A DNA stretch of 64,000 nt from a virus, in IMG/VR virus record IMGVR_UViG_3300013115_000353, positions 21,456 through 85,455 of that record; one strand, given 5' to 3'. The notes beneath the pieces are model-generated. The model was not told where the DNA came from, ran no database searches, and was given only the letters and a program-made list of their open reading frames with translations. The position numbers and the translations under genes were made by a program. Shown here piece by piece: positions 53,163 through 62,877 of this stretch. Positions within the stretch are counted from its first letter, which is position 1, and each line of letters opens with the position of its first letter.

Positions 53163-53222
53163 AACCTTCCTTAAAAATTAGAGGCATCTGTTCCCCATGC
53201 CTCCCTGCGGGACTAACCTCAA

Positions 53223-53990
53223 TTACTTACCAGTCATAAGCTCGTTAAAAGCCTTGTCAACGCTGTTGTTGGCGTTTCCATACTTGGCAGTTTCCGATGA
53301 GCGACTTTCAGCAGAGCCATCGCTCGCGAGTTGCTCATCAAGAATCGCGTCGATCTGTGCTGGAGTTTGACGCTCGAAAAGAGAATCAAAGTCAGGCATG
53401 CCATCAAGGAGGGCGGGGATCGCATCCTTGTCTTCCAGCAAAGCCGATGTGTTACGACGCATCTTGAGGTTTGTTTGGGGGTACGCACCGGGTTTCGTGG
53501 GCTTAGTATAAGTAAGAGTGATGTCCGTACCCTCTTGAATGTCTGTGACATCTCCATACTCCGGATCGAGAATATACCCTAAAAGAAGTTCATAAGCCTG
53601 CTTTCCGTAGCCATAGACCTTGATGCCTTCTTCCTCTCGACCCCTCACAACGACTGGCGAGAAATATCGAGTGCGAACAAAGAGTGACTTTGCCAGCTTC
53701 TTACTTTCCTCATCGTTGTTATCGCTGCCTTCGCGCCATAGCGAAGATGCGAATTCGCAAATGGGACAACCCTCTCCAAAGTTTCGCTTTGGACAAAGAA
53801 TGCCTCCACGATGATCCCCTACATTATAGTGGAAGAACATCTCCTTCAATGGATCTCCGTCGTTCGTTGGAACGATACGAATATCCGTATCACCCTCGTC
53901 TGGCTTAAACCAAACAGAGTTTCCGTTACCAGTGTTTTCGCCGCGCAATGTTGCGAGCTTTCGGCGCATTAGCTCCATATCAATTCCCAT
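53223..53990 (-). CDS. Single-stranded DNA-binding protein (T4 gp32-like)
   Basis: WFKP...IRIVP...HY...CP...CPICE...R.FSPVVVRG...YGK; acidic C-terminal tail with F. Confidence 0.82.
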   Translation of the reverse strand: MGIDMELMRRKLATLRGENTGNGNSVWFKPDEGDTDIRIVPTNDGDPLKEMFFHYNVGDHRGGILCPKRNFGEGCPICEFASSLWREGSDNNDEESKKLAKSLFVRTRYFSPVVVRGREEEGIKVYGYGKQAYELLLGYILDPEYGDVTDIQEGTDITLTYTKPTKPGAYPQTNLKMRRNTSALLEDKDAIPALLDGMPDFDSLFERQTPAQIDAILDEQLASDGSAESRSSETAKYGNANNSVDKAFNELMTGK

Positions 53991-54047
53991 AATTTATCTC
54001 CTTTTTTTGATGTTTATGAGTAAACAATAAGCGTTCCTTACTGTTCT

Positions 54048-54076
54048 AGTATAACACTCTCAACTAAGCAAGTCAA
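54048..54076 (-). promoter_or_regulatory. Sigma70-type promoter
   Basis: TTGACT, 17 bp, TATACT with TGn. Confidence 0.7.
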
Positions 54077-54915
54077 GAGTTTTTTTGGATTGCGTTAGTG
54101 TGGGCAACGCAGAACCCAAAGTCTTGTGGTAGAGGGGTTTCATAGATTGCATATGAAATTTTTCTAAAAGCATTTCTTGGTTTTTCCTTTAGTATATTTA
54201 CAATCTTTCTATGAAGACCGCCTTCTTCCTTTAATCTTTTTTCATTGATACACATATAATAACACAGTTCTCTCTCGGTGTCAATGTCAAAGATCCACTT
54301 TTCTTCAAGAGTTTTCATATCTAACATGCCAACTGTTCTGATTCGATTAATGTCAGCAGGCTTAGAAACTTGACCGATTTCCGGCTCTGAATGTTCAAAG
54401 TAATTTAAATAATGTATGGTTGAAAAAATTGACGTATTTAATGTTTCATAATATTCTTTCACCGGAATGTGTTGTAGAATATTTTCTAGATTTAAATTAG
54501 AAAAAATAGTCATGGAACGAAACAATCCCGAACGGGCATATTCTTGAAGAACTCCAAACGCTGTATTTTCCAATAACCGTGGGATTCCTGTAAGCAAATC
54601 AGTATCGGGCTTGATATAAAATATGTCCAACCTTTTATCTTTTAGTTGTTCTAATATTCCCAAAGCATAATTGGAACTGTAAGATGCCCCCACGATAATA
54701 AATTGAACATGCTCGTCTACATCTTTGAAAAACTTTTTTACATCCGGAATATTATGTTCATATTCTTCAGGTGTATCATACGTTTTTAATCTAAATTGGT
54801 ATTTAGAATTCCGCTTCACTTTGTTGTTCATTTTATACACGTGATAATTCGGCGTATCACCAAACTTCTCCGCAATAGCAGTGGCGGCATTTCCTAGGGC
54901 GACAATTGAAATCAC
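54073..54915 (-). CDS. Divergent FtsZ/tubulin-like protein
   Basis: N-terminal IVALGNAATAIAE (T1-loop-like), FYIKP, IFSN, Y...N spacing; GGGTG loop replaced by GASYSS. Confidence 0.45.
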   Translation of the reverse strand: MISIVALGNAATAIAEKFGDTPNYHVYKMNNKVKRNSKYQFRLKTYDTPEEYEHNIPDVKKFFKDVDEHVQFIIVGASYSSNYALGILEQLKDKRLDIFYIKPDTDLLTGIPRLLENTAFGVLQEYARSGLFRSMTIFSNLNLENILQHIPVKEYYETLNTSIFSTIHYLNYFEHSEPEIGQVSKPADINRIRTVGMLDMKTLEEKWIFDIDTERELCYYMCINEKRLKEEGGLHRKIVNILKEKPRNAFRKISYAIYETPLPQDFGFCVAHTNAIQKNS

Positions 54916-56102
54916 AGATTCAAATCCTCCAGATCACAATAATTCTTACCTGCCTTAAGGTTCACCATGTAGTCTCCGAACCGAGTCTCGGAGAATATCT
55001 TTTTAATATCTACAATCAATTCCCTTTCATCCTCTGCCATGTCCAATACAATCTCATCATGAACAACATGCGATACAAAAGATTTCTTTCCTTCCAAGAA
55101 CTCATCAATCACGACTGCTTTGTGTAAAACTAAATCTGCAGTTGTGCTCTGGACGACATAATTGAGCGCCTTTCTTTCGTCAACGATAATAGATCGATCA
55201 AACGGAGTCTTTACTTTTCCATCCACATACCATCTATCAAGTACTTCTTGTTTGTTGTATGTGCTGTCCTTTAATACATTCTGTGTGGTTCCGCCATAGA
55301 GCCAAGCAAAAAATATAGTTTTCATTTCATCACGTGATAAGTCTTTCTTCCGAATGACATTGATTTTATTCCATTCGTGAATATCTTCTTGGGGCTGTCT
55401 CTTTCCTGTTAGCCCCAAAAAGGTGCGCACTTCGGCACCATTATAATCCAACGATATAAACCATTCATTGTGAGGTTTCACTATCTTTCTCAAATCACGC
55501 ATCATTGTCAGAATCGGAAAAGAATTAGAATGGGTTGCCAATCTCCCTGTCACTGTGCCGAACAAATTATAATCAATATGCAATGGGCCCTTCAATAATT
55601 TGCGTGCGCGATCCCTCATGTGTGTCTGATAAAACAAAGCTTTACTGTTGGCTCCGCTAACATTAAGATCTCTATACTTAATCTTATACAATAATTTTTG
55701 AACCCGATCTAAATGATCATAATTTGCTGGCTTCTCGTAGTTATCAAATACATCTTGTGTGATTTTATTCTTAACATCACAAAACTCATGCAAGAAATCT
55801 TTAGGCACCAAATCAAAAAAACAATGCTCGCGCATACTAATCTTTCCGATTCTGAAAGATTTTAAATATGCTTCAAAACGTCGCTGTAATCGGCGCCAGT
55901 CCTCGATTAACTCTTCGGGGCATGCCTGTTTGAGAGACTGTCCCCCACAGCGCAGCCATGCATACTCCACATTAGGATCAGTAATGGATCCTGTATACTT
56001 CCATGTTCTGGTGAGATTGGACGGCAATGCATCAAAATGCAATTTGCCGTCTACATATATTCCCACACATTCGGACTTATCATCCAATGTCTGAAATATC
56101 AC
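54912..56102 (-). CDS. Family A DNA polymerase, polymerase domain only
   Basis: TVTGRL, motif A LDYNGAEVR, motif B R...K...F..LYG, NY.VQST.AD, motif C VHDEIV. Confidence 0.8.
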   Translation of the reverse strand: MIFQTLDDKSECVGIYVDGKLHFDALPSNLTRTWKYTGSITDPNVEYAWLRCGGQSLKQACPEELIEDWRRLQRRFEAYLKSFRIGKISMREHCFFDLVPKDFLHEFCDVKNKITQDVFDNYEKPANYDHLDRVQKLLYKIKYRDLNVSGANSKALFYQTHMRDRARKLLKGPLHIDYNLFGTVTGRLATHSNSFPILTMMRDLRKIVKPHNEWFISLDYNGAEVRTFLGLTGKRQPQEDIHEWNKINVIRKKDLSRDEMKTIFFAWLYGGTTQNVLKDSTYNKQEVLDRWYVDGKVKTPFDRSIIVDERKALNYVVQSTTADLVLHKAVVIDEFLEGKKSFVSHVVHDEIVLDMAEDERELIVDIKKIFSETRFGDYMVNLKAGKNYCDLEDLNL

Positions 56103-57313
56103 GGTCCCTCCGAGTCGCGAACTGCTCTTCTATGATCAACAATATAACTCATTGAGCCACTATAGTCAAATGTTTTATTAATAATTCTTTCAAATTTTTC
56201 CAAGGCTGCTCCGAGACTCTTACTATTATACAACGCTATGGTATCTTTAGTCAAGCTTATTTTTTTATATTCTGGAAACGATGATTCTTCCTCCAAAAAT
56301 CGAATACGACAATACAGTTCCAAAAAATAAGATTCAGAATATTTTTCCGTGAGTTCCTCCATGGAATAAGTTTTTGTCTGAATGCGTTTTTGAATAGTTC
56401 TACCTCCGCACTGTTCCTCAACTGTCACCATTTTTTTTCTCACATGATTATACATGTTTAGGAGATAATATTTAAAGTTACGATAGTATCTTCCATGAGT
56501 ATAACTGTATGCCAAGTCTATTATCTGTTGAGTGGATGTCACCCCGTACTTAGAAACATAATCTCGAATCATAGCCGGCGCGCCAATGTCCGCAACCAAG
56601 CGCCAGGGGTTCCATTGATCTACCATAAAGCCATATGAATTACAAGCATTAACATAAAAGCCCCAGTTAGGGCTCCGGACAAAAGCCACGATCTTATCAA
56701 AATCATTGGATGCATTTAGATTGGCAATTTCCACAGCCAATCCAGAAGTCTGAATAGAACATCTTCTACTTTTAGTAAATGCAGGCTGCGTAAAAGCGGT
56801 GGTGCCGGCTGTCTTGTTTAACACTATCATCAGTTCTTTAATAAACTCATCGAAATCTTTGACTTCCACATTGGCGCCTTTAAAAGCGGCGTCCACAACT
56901 GCCATATAGGCGCGCCATTGATCATTATAAGCTTGGTGAGGAGGCACATAAGCTCTAAACACCCGCAGAGTACTTAAATAGGGATCATCTTTTGAGATTT
57001 TTCCTTGCGTTGCACATTTGGCAAATTGCTGATTGAGTCCATTAAAAGCATCCACTACGAAATTAATAGCAGATATGCCGTCCCCCTGAGAGACAGACGC
57101 ATCAAACTGTTTTAATTGGAGAACGCTATTATTAAATGTGATAGGCGTGAACACTCTATTGACTCTGCCATAAAGTTGCTTTTCTGCAAAATTAAAATCT
57201 ATGATGTTAGGAAAACGTGCGGCTGCTCCGAGCATGCGGTTACGATAAATGTTTCTTTTAATAAAGAGTTTTCGCGTCGTTTCGCTATTTGATTCGGCAT
57301 AATATAATGACAT
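56099..57313 (-). CDS. Hypothetical phage protein
   Basis: 404 aa; LYGRVN...FVVDAF...GFMVD...PWRLVADI. Confidence 0.75.
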   Translation of the reverse strand: MSLYYAESNSETTRKLFIKRNIYRNRMLGAAARFPNIIDFNFAEKQLYGRVNRVFTPITFNNSVLQLKQFDASVSQGDGISAINFVVDAFNGLNQQFAKCATQGKISKDDPYLSTLRVFRAYVPPHQAYNDQWRAYMAVVDAAFKGANVEVKDFDEFIKELMIVLNKTAGTTAFTQPAFTKSRRCSIQTSGLAVEIANLNASNDFDKIVAFVRSPNWGFYVNACNSYGFMVDQWNPWRLVADIGAPAMIRDYVSKYGVTSTQQIIDLAYSYTHGRYYRNFKYYLLNMYNHVRKKMVTVEEQCGGRTIQKRIQTKTYSMEELTEKYSESYFLELYCRIRFLEEESSFPEYKKISLTKDTIALYNSKSLGAALEKFERIINKTFDYSGSMSYIVDHRRAVRDSEGP

Positions 57314-57328
57314 ATAATCTTTCTCCTA

Positions 57329-60300
57329 TTAGTCCGTTGTCGTGGGAGGGGTGGTATCGGTGCCGTCGCCTTCGGCAACTTCGGGATTTGCACCGCTCTT
57401 TAACATGTCGCCCATCTTCGTCACCATCCCGCTCCACCAATCAGTTCTTTTTGCCTCCGTACTGCGATTTGCTCTGCATTTCTGAGTATCGGTATTGGCG
57501 CCCCTGCCAGAATCAGGAAACTCCGATTTTTCATTAGCACCAATAGATGCCACCCATTTAGCCGTAATCTTAGAATTTGCCTTTCCGGCGCCAAAGGAGT
57601 GTTCTGAACGGATAATCATGCAATAGCCTCCTATTCCCAATCGAGTAAGCTCGAAATCTGTATTGGGCGCCCACCCTTTAGGGTTCACAAATATATATGT
57701 TCCCGGAAATGTTTTTACATTAGCATACGTCTCGATATCTACATCGTACACTTCTCTTAGTTGTTCAAGCCCATTGTAACCTTCTTGTTCAAAACGCACT
57801 TCACGCAGGAATTTAGCATCTGTACGAGTCAAATCAATCTTTTTAACGATGCCACGATCCTTTCCCAGCATATAATGAAAAATACCGCGACTTTCATCTC
57901 CCTTCTGAAGAACTCCATTTTTATCTACCCAATCTTTGCGCCTCCCTTTCATAATGTCGGCAGGCTGTGTTCTTCCTGCAAAAAATACCATATAATTAAT
58001 TTCCTGCGAGGGGCCCGGGTTAATCTCGGGATGACGATCTTTGCCCGAAATATTCAATATAGGCTGTGGCATGCCGGCGCCGGCGGGATTAATCATTCCG
58101 CGCGCAATGCCGGCATGGGCCCGATTGTCCACAATCCATTGAGTTACTTCATCATTTTTATTTTTACTACTTTTATAAGATGTGATAGCTGCCTGGTTCA
58201 CTCTGGTTTTTTGCTTAATAGAATAACCAAAACACGTGTTATCATTAAGGAACCCGCTCACTAAATGATTAAAGAAATCGCTTAAGAACTTACTTAAAGT
58301 ATAAATTGACTTCTCTTTGCGGACGAGCTTATCAGTGAGCCATTCCATAAAGTATTTTAATGAAATAGGCACATCTCCAAAATTAACAAACAGGCTAGCT
58401 ACATCATCTTTGGGGCTCACCAATTCAAGGGGGCCCAGCAATACTCTAAATTTCTCAAATTGCACACGAAATTTATTAATCTTAGCTATTTCTGCTTCGA
58501 TATCCAGCGGGTTTATTTTACCGTTTGAGGCAGCTTCCACCACTGGTGAGCCTGCGCCTGTAATTTTAGACGGCATATCTCTCAGATAGGCATCTATTCC
58601 CTCCAGGATAACATCTATTAAATCACTAACAAAGAAAAAGGCGATATTATAACTGTTCAAGTTAACAATTTTACGAGGTATCTCTTCCATTTCCTTCACG
58701 CCCGTGCCACTCTTTTCTTCTTCTGCTAAGGCTTTGTCCGCATCAGGCATCACATCCGCCACAAACTCGTCAGCCTGATTCTGAGTAAGCTCTTCCCCTG
58801 CATCATAAGTCCCATAGAGTGATGCGTCAGCGGCATATGCTTCGGCGGCCGCCGTGGCATCAACATCAACAAACCCTGGAAGTTCTGCTTCTATCGCTGC
58901 GGAGGCGATATCAGCGGCTGTTTGCTCGCCTGTCGCGACAGTGTTGGCATCACCTCCTGTCCAGGGTTCTGCCTGAACTAAATCTGCCACAGTGGTGGCT
59001 CCTACCGCATCTGCTTGCGCAGCAGTCGGTCCTCCGACGCCGACTTTGATGTCCGCGAGCTTCGTCTCAGCGGCGGTAACCGCGCCGGCGGCGGCGTAAA
59101 CGGCTGGAGTCATCGAGCCGCCGGCTTTATCGTCACTAGAAAATTTTCTCTCATCGTGATAGGCTTTCTTCGCTTCCTCTACTTCTTTTTTGGCTTCCTC
59201 TAGTGCGGCGCCGCCCGTACCTAGAGCATCCAACAGATCTTGGGTGGCAGTAATCCCCACGTTTGGGGCGATTTGTTCGTACAGTCCAGTTGCACGATTA
59301 TAAAAGGGGCCCTTTTCTAAAAAGGATAACTGCTCCTCAAAGGGTACAGACATATAACGTATTAATTTCTTCTTCATCAGTTGGCGAGCTAATGAGCGCA
59401 TGTTAATTTGGCGAGCTTCTTTTACAACATCCGCATATCCTTCTTCCTTCTTCATTTCCGCAATATCTGCAGCATTACAGTTAGGCGATTGCATTACTTT
59501 TTTATATCTCAGATCTCGGGTAAGCAATGTAAGTGCAGCGTTCTGATCAGAAAAAATATTGAAAGTCGGTTGATCATAAAAATCATCTACATATGCCAAA
59601 TAATTAATTGTTAATGTAGTGCGCCCAGTTTCATCAATACCAAATTCATGAATGGTCGGTGTCAAATTAAGCGTCACAAAGGAATCATAAATAGCTCTAA
59701 TAAGCTCTGTCTTTTTTATAACCTTACCGTTCGGTTTTTTCCAGCCTCCAAAATGTTCCAATTCGCCAGGAGGAAGTGCCCACCCCACCAACGCTTTTAG
59801 GCGGAAGTTTAATTTAGATAAATTAGCCTCTTGAAGTTCTGTCTTGGCGCCAGTCTTTGTTCCTGTTTTTAATGCTAAATCAATATATCTATACTTTTTA
59901 GAGGAGCGTCCACGTGGCTTTAACAGTTCGTCAAAATTATTTGCCACCAACGTTAATTTGGCTTTAATGCTTTTCTTAGCAGCAAAAGGCGTCGAGCCAT
60001 CATATGTAAAATTAAACTCTTTTATACCAACGCCTACTCCTCTTCTGCCCGAATCATCAAAAGCACTTTTTATTTCTTTATAAGTGGCGTTTGAAGAGAA
60101 GTTCATTTCTATTTCAGTTTCTGCGCCTGTCTCTTTATGAGTATTAACTTTGTAAAGACGGATCATGGGCTGTAAGGTGGCAATGTCTTTGGGTTCCATA
60201 TCAAAAAATACATTTTGAGTAGGACTTTGAGTAAGCTGGTTAATAAAGCCATATGACTCACCATCAATCATCAAGCACGCATTATTTCCATTGTCCACAT

Positions 60301-61288
60301 AAGGAAGCCTCTTTGTAACAAGCCCCCCTGATGCTGATTCTAGTTTAAACTTTTTATATCTCGCGAATTCTAAAATATTTGCCAGAAGAAAACACTGTTC
60401 TCGAAAGTGCTGAGAGGAAACTGTTCCTTGGACTAAAGCAATGTCGCCTGCCTTAGCCTTCTTTAGTTGCTCTAGGGCATGCCATGCTATGGGACCGCAT
60501 TCATCTTCTGTAAAGATGTCGTCGTTGTTTGCATCGGTGCACTTATTGTCCTGGATGTAAGCAATCGCATCATCAATAACAGCATGTAACTCTGCTTTCT
60601 TGTCCTTCAAGCAGGCGGCGCCATCTTTGCCTGCAATTGTGGCGGTGGAGGCTTTTAATGCAGCGATAGCAGCATTCATTTCGCCCAGCCATCCTTCACG
60701 CATCTGGGCGCCCTGGTCAACGCCGAGAAACTTGCTGAGCTTTTGGTTCCAGCCGTCCTCATCGATCAGATCTGTTAACACACTTTCATATGTTTTAAGT
60801 AGCTCTAAATCTGCTGTGGCTGTGCTTCCAAGCGCTGCGTTGGTGTCCCAAGTAGTTTGAAAATTGCTAAATTGTTCTACTCCCTCTTCGGGGATGGAAG
60901 ATGCGACAGGGGCATTAATGATATTGTTGTTGGAACTCAAAACTTTTGAGACATCTGCATATCTTTGAGCCTCATCGGGACTAGAGTTGGCTGGCAAAAG
61001 AGTTTGCGATACATACTTCTTCAACTCCCCTTTGGATTGGCTTGATCCAAGTACCGCCTGTAGTTCCTTTTCGAGCGCTTTTAACGTTGCCAATTGTTCT
61101 GGAATTTGAGCACTAGTATCGGCTACCGTCGCACTGCACTTATATAGGGCAGCACCATTGCCAGCCGCGTACCACTCCGAAACTACCGCTGGTACATCTG
61201 AACCATCTGGCGTTATAGTTTTTTCGCTCTTGGTGGGAGCATCGGTGGTTGCAGGCTCCTCGGCGGGTGCATCATCTTCTTCAAACAT
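57329..61288 (-). CDS. Large tail/baseplate (hub-like) structural protein
   Basis: 1319 aa inside the tail module; C-terminal Y.V.I....N....PG..I.V.P...LGIGGY..I....H resembles baseplate hub folds. Confidence 0.55.
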   Translation of the reverse strand: MFEEDDAPAEEPATTDAPTKSEKTITPDGSDVPAVVSEWYAAGNGAALYKCSATVADTSAQIPEQLATLKALEKELQAVLGSSQSKGELKKYVSQTLLPANSSPDEAQRYADVSKVLSSNNNIINAPVASSIPEEGVEQFSNFQTTWDTNAALGSTATADLELLKTYESVLTDLIDEDGWNQKLSKFLGVDQGAQMREGWLGEMNAAIAALKASTATIAGKDGAACLKDKKAELHAVIDDAIAYIQDNKCTDANNDDIFTEDECGPIAWHALEQLKKAKAGDIALVQGTVSSQHFREQCFLLANILEFARYKKFKLESASGGLVTKRLPYVDNGNNACLMIDGESYGFINQLTQSPTQNVFFDMEPKDIATLQPMIRLYKVNTHKETGAETEIEMNFSSNATYKEIKSAFDDSGRRGVGVGIKEFNFTYDGSTPFAAKKSIKAKLTLVANNFDELLKPRGRSSKKYRYIDLALKTGTKTGAKTELQEANLSKLNFRLKALVGWALPPGELEHFGGWKKPNGKVIKKTELIRAIYDSFVTLNLTPTIHEFGIDETGRTTLTINYLAYVDDFYDQPTFNIFSDQNAALTLLTRDLRYKKVMQSPNCNAADIAEMKKEEGYADVVKEARQINMRSLARQLMKKKLIRYMSVPFEEQLSFLEKGPFYNRATGLYEQIAPNVGITATQDLLDALGTGGAALEEAKKEVEEAKKAYHDERKFSSDDKAGGSMTPAVYAAAGAVTAAETKLADIKVGVGGPTAAQADAVGATTVADLVQAEPWTGGDANTVATGEQTAADIASAAIEAELPGFVDVDATAAAEAYAADASLYGTYDAGEELTQNQADEFVADVMPDADKALAEEEKSGTGVKEMEEIPRKIVNLNSYNIAFFFVSDLIDVILEGIDAYLRDMPSKITGAGSPVVEAASNGKINPLDIEAEIAKINKFRVQFEKFRVLLGPLELVSPKDDVASLFVNFGDVPISLKYFMEWLTDKLVRKEKSIYTLSKFLSDFFNHLVSGFLNDNTCFGYSIKQKTRVNQAAITSYKSSKNKNDEVTQWIVDNRAHAGIARGMINPAGAGMPQPILNISGKDRHPEINPGPSQEINYMVFFAGRTQPADIMKGRRKDWVDKNGVLQKGDESRGIFHYMLGKDRGIVKKIDLTRTDAKFLREVRFEQEGYNGLEQLREVYDVDIETYANVKTFPGTYIFVNPKGWAPNTDFELTRLGIGGYCMIIRSEHSFGAGKANSKITAKWVASIGANEKSEFPDSGRGANTDTQKCRANRSTEAKRTDWWSGMVTKMGDMLKSGANPEVAEGDGTDTTPPTTTD

Positions 61289-61296
61289 GTGTTATA

Positions 61297-61635
61297 TTAT
61301 ACCCCTAGGGATTTCAATGCCGATTCAAGGTTTAATGGAATCTGAATTAAATCGCCTGTTTTTAAATTAGCCTCGGTGGGTACGCTATTATACCATGCAA
61401 TCACCCACCAAAAGGTGACATCATTATAATATTGATTTGCCAACTTGTAAAACCTATCTCCATACGTCCATACATGTGTAGTGCTGCGAATAGCTGCGCG
61501 TGCTCTCACAGATGGGTTTGCCATCAAAGGAGTCTCGTAGTGTTGTATGTTCTTAAGCCCTCTGGATTTTCTCAATGGGGCATAATAATCACTAGCACAA
61601 TTTATTATTCGGTATTTGCTGTATCTTACTGACAT
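61297..61635 (-). CDS. LysM-like / baseplate wedge (gp53, tail X-like) protein
   Basis: HVW..GDRFYKLA..YY.D...WWVIA..N.......L..GD.I.IP. Confidence 0.8.
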   Translation of the reverse strand: MSVRYSKYRIINCASDYYAPLRKSRGLKNIQHYETPLMANPSVRARAAIRSTTHVWTYGDRFYKLANQYYNDVTFWWVIAWYNSVPTEANLKTGDLIQIPLNLESALKSLGV

Positions 61636-61646
61636 TTATTGTTTCC

Positions 61647-62861
61647 TTATTTTTGAGAGAGAGGATTGCCTTCCCCTATTTCAAATTCTTCGACTTCTAC
61701 CATATCGAAGACAGTGAGACGCTCATCGCCAAAGTCGAAGTCCTCGGCGTAGTTATCGAACTGGCTGCCTTCTTCCCAAATACTAGAATCTCCGTAGCCC
61801 TCGAAACCAGAATCTGCCGACTTTTTGCCTTTAAAGCCGTTAAGTAATCCAGCGAATTTCGCTTCAGTATTAGCCACGTTGGCTTCATTGGAGGTTTGTG
61901 GATCATCTTCGGGTTCGATTTGTCCTGTGGTTCCCAACGCCGCAAACTTGGCGGCTTCTCCTCCTACCATTCCACTGGTATCTTCTTCAAAAAGATCCAT
62001 AGCATCATCAATGTCTACTCCATAAGGAAAAAGCTTTGCATCCTTCTTAGATGTCTGAGGAGAGAACTTGTAGGTGTCTCCGTTGACCTTTTCCCACCCT
62101 AGAGGATGTTCGTGAATAGGAGCAAACGATAAATTAACATCAATAAATTTAGGCAAAATAGCACTTGGACCTATGACAAAAGCTCCGTCATCGCCTTCCA
62201 AGTTATGGTTAACTGTTATGTTTTCAATCGCCCCCAATAAACCATCATGAGATTGCCACGCCTGGATGTTAGCATAATTTGCAAAAACGCCCTTCGTTTC
62301 TTGGTAGGGTTCTGATTGAAGCCTATCTGCACCGAATTCATTTTTATTGCTTTTCCCAACATCATTAGTATTTTTAAGTAAGTTCATTACTTTTAGTCGT
62401 ACCATCGGAGACTGTGCGATTGTTTGAGCATTCGAAATCGTTTTATATACCGGATACAAAAACTGAATCAGCATTTGAAGCCTGCCGAGATTTTCATATG
62501 CCTCACTAGTAGAGGCGGCAGGTATTTTAAAAGCCAATGTAATCTTTCGCTGGGTTTGTTTAAACATGTACAAGGGATCCCCTCTACCATACACAGGCTC
62601 AGTTGTCCAATCGCTATTATATGTTTCGTTGAATGCCGTAATAAATGCCTTAAAGAATACTGCTTTTCCGGTGGGGGCATGTTGAAAAGAAATAAATAAT
62701 TTATTTTGATTTGCATACGCATCCGAGCCATCTACAAAATAGCTTACTTTTTCTGCGGGCCCTACTGTAACCTTATTATCAGTAAAATATTTAGTAGCAT
62801 TGAAATTACTATTATAGTAATCGTATACTTTACTCGGATCTAGTTTGTCGTCATCTGCCAT
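61647..62861 (-). CDS. Tail tube initiator / baseplate-associated protein
   Basis: V.FKAFIT.F..TY.S.W....VYGR.DP...F..T.RKI.L.F pattern; lies between tape measure and LysM genes. Confidence 0.65.
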   Translation of the reverse strand: MADDDKLDPSKVYDYYNSNFNATKYFTDNKVTVGPAEKVSYFVDGSDAYANQNKLFISFQHAPTGKAVFFKAFITAFNETYNSDWTTEPVYGRGDPLYMFKQTQRKITLAFKIPAASTSEAYENLGRLQMLIQFLYPVYKTISNAQTIAQSPMVRLKVMNLLKNTNDVGKSNKNEFGADRLQSEPYQETKGVFANYANIQAWQSHDGLLGAIENITVNHNLEGDDGAFVIGPSAILPKFIDVNLSFAPIHEHPLGWEKVNGDTYKFSPQTSKKDAKLFPYGVDIDDAMDLFEEDTSGMVGGEAAKFAALGTTGQIEPEDDPQTSNEANVANTEAKFAGLLNGFKGKKSADSGFEGYGDSSIWEEGSQFDNYAEDFDFGDERLTVFDMVEVEEFEIGEGNPLSQK

Positions 62862-62877
62862 TTATATATTCCTTGTC

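Noticed and set aside
54073-54915. Calling this a nucleus-forming (PhuZ/chimallin) phage
   Set aside because: The tubulin similarity is weak and no chimallin or multisubunit phage RNA polymerase gene is visible in this window.
58720-59230. GC-rich Ala/Thr-rich stretch in the 1319-aa gene as an inserted element
   Set aside because: It is in frame, low-complexity and has no terminal repeats; best explained as a variable linker.
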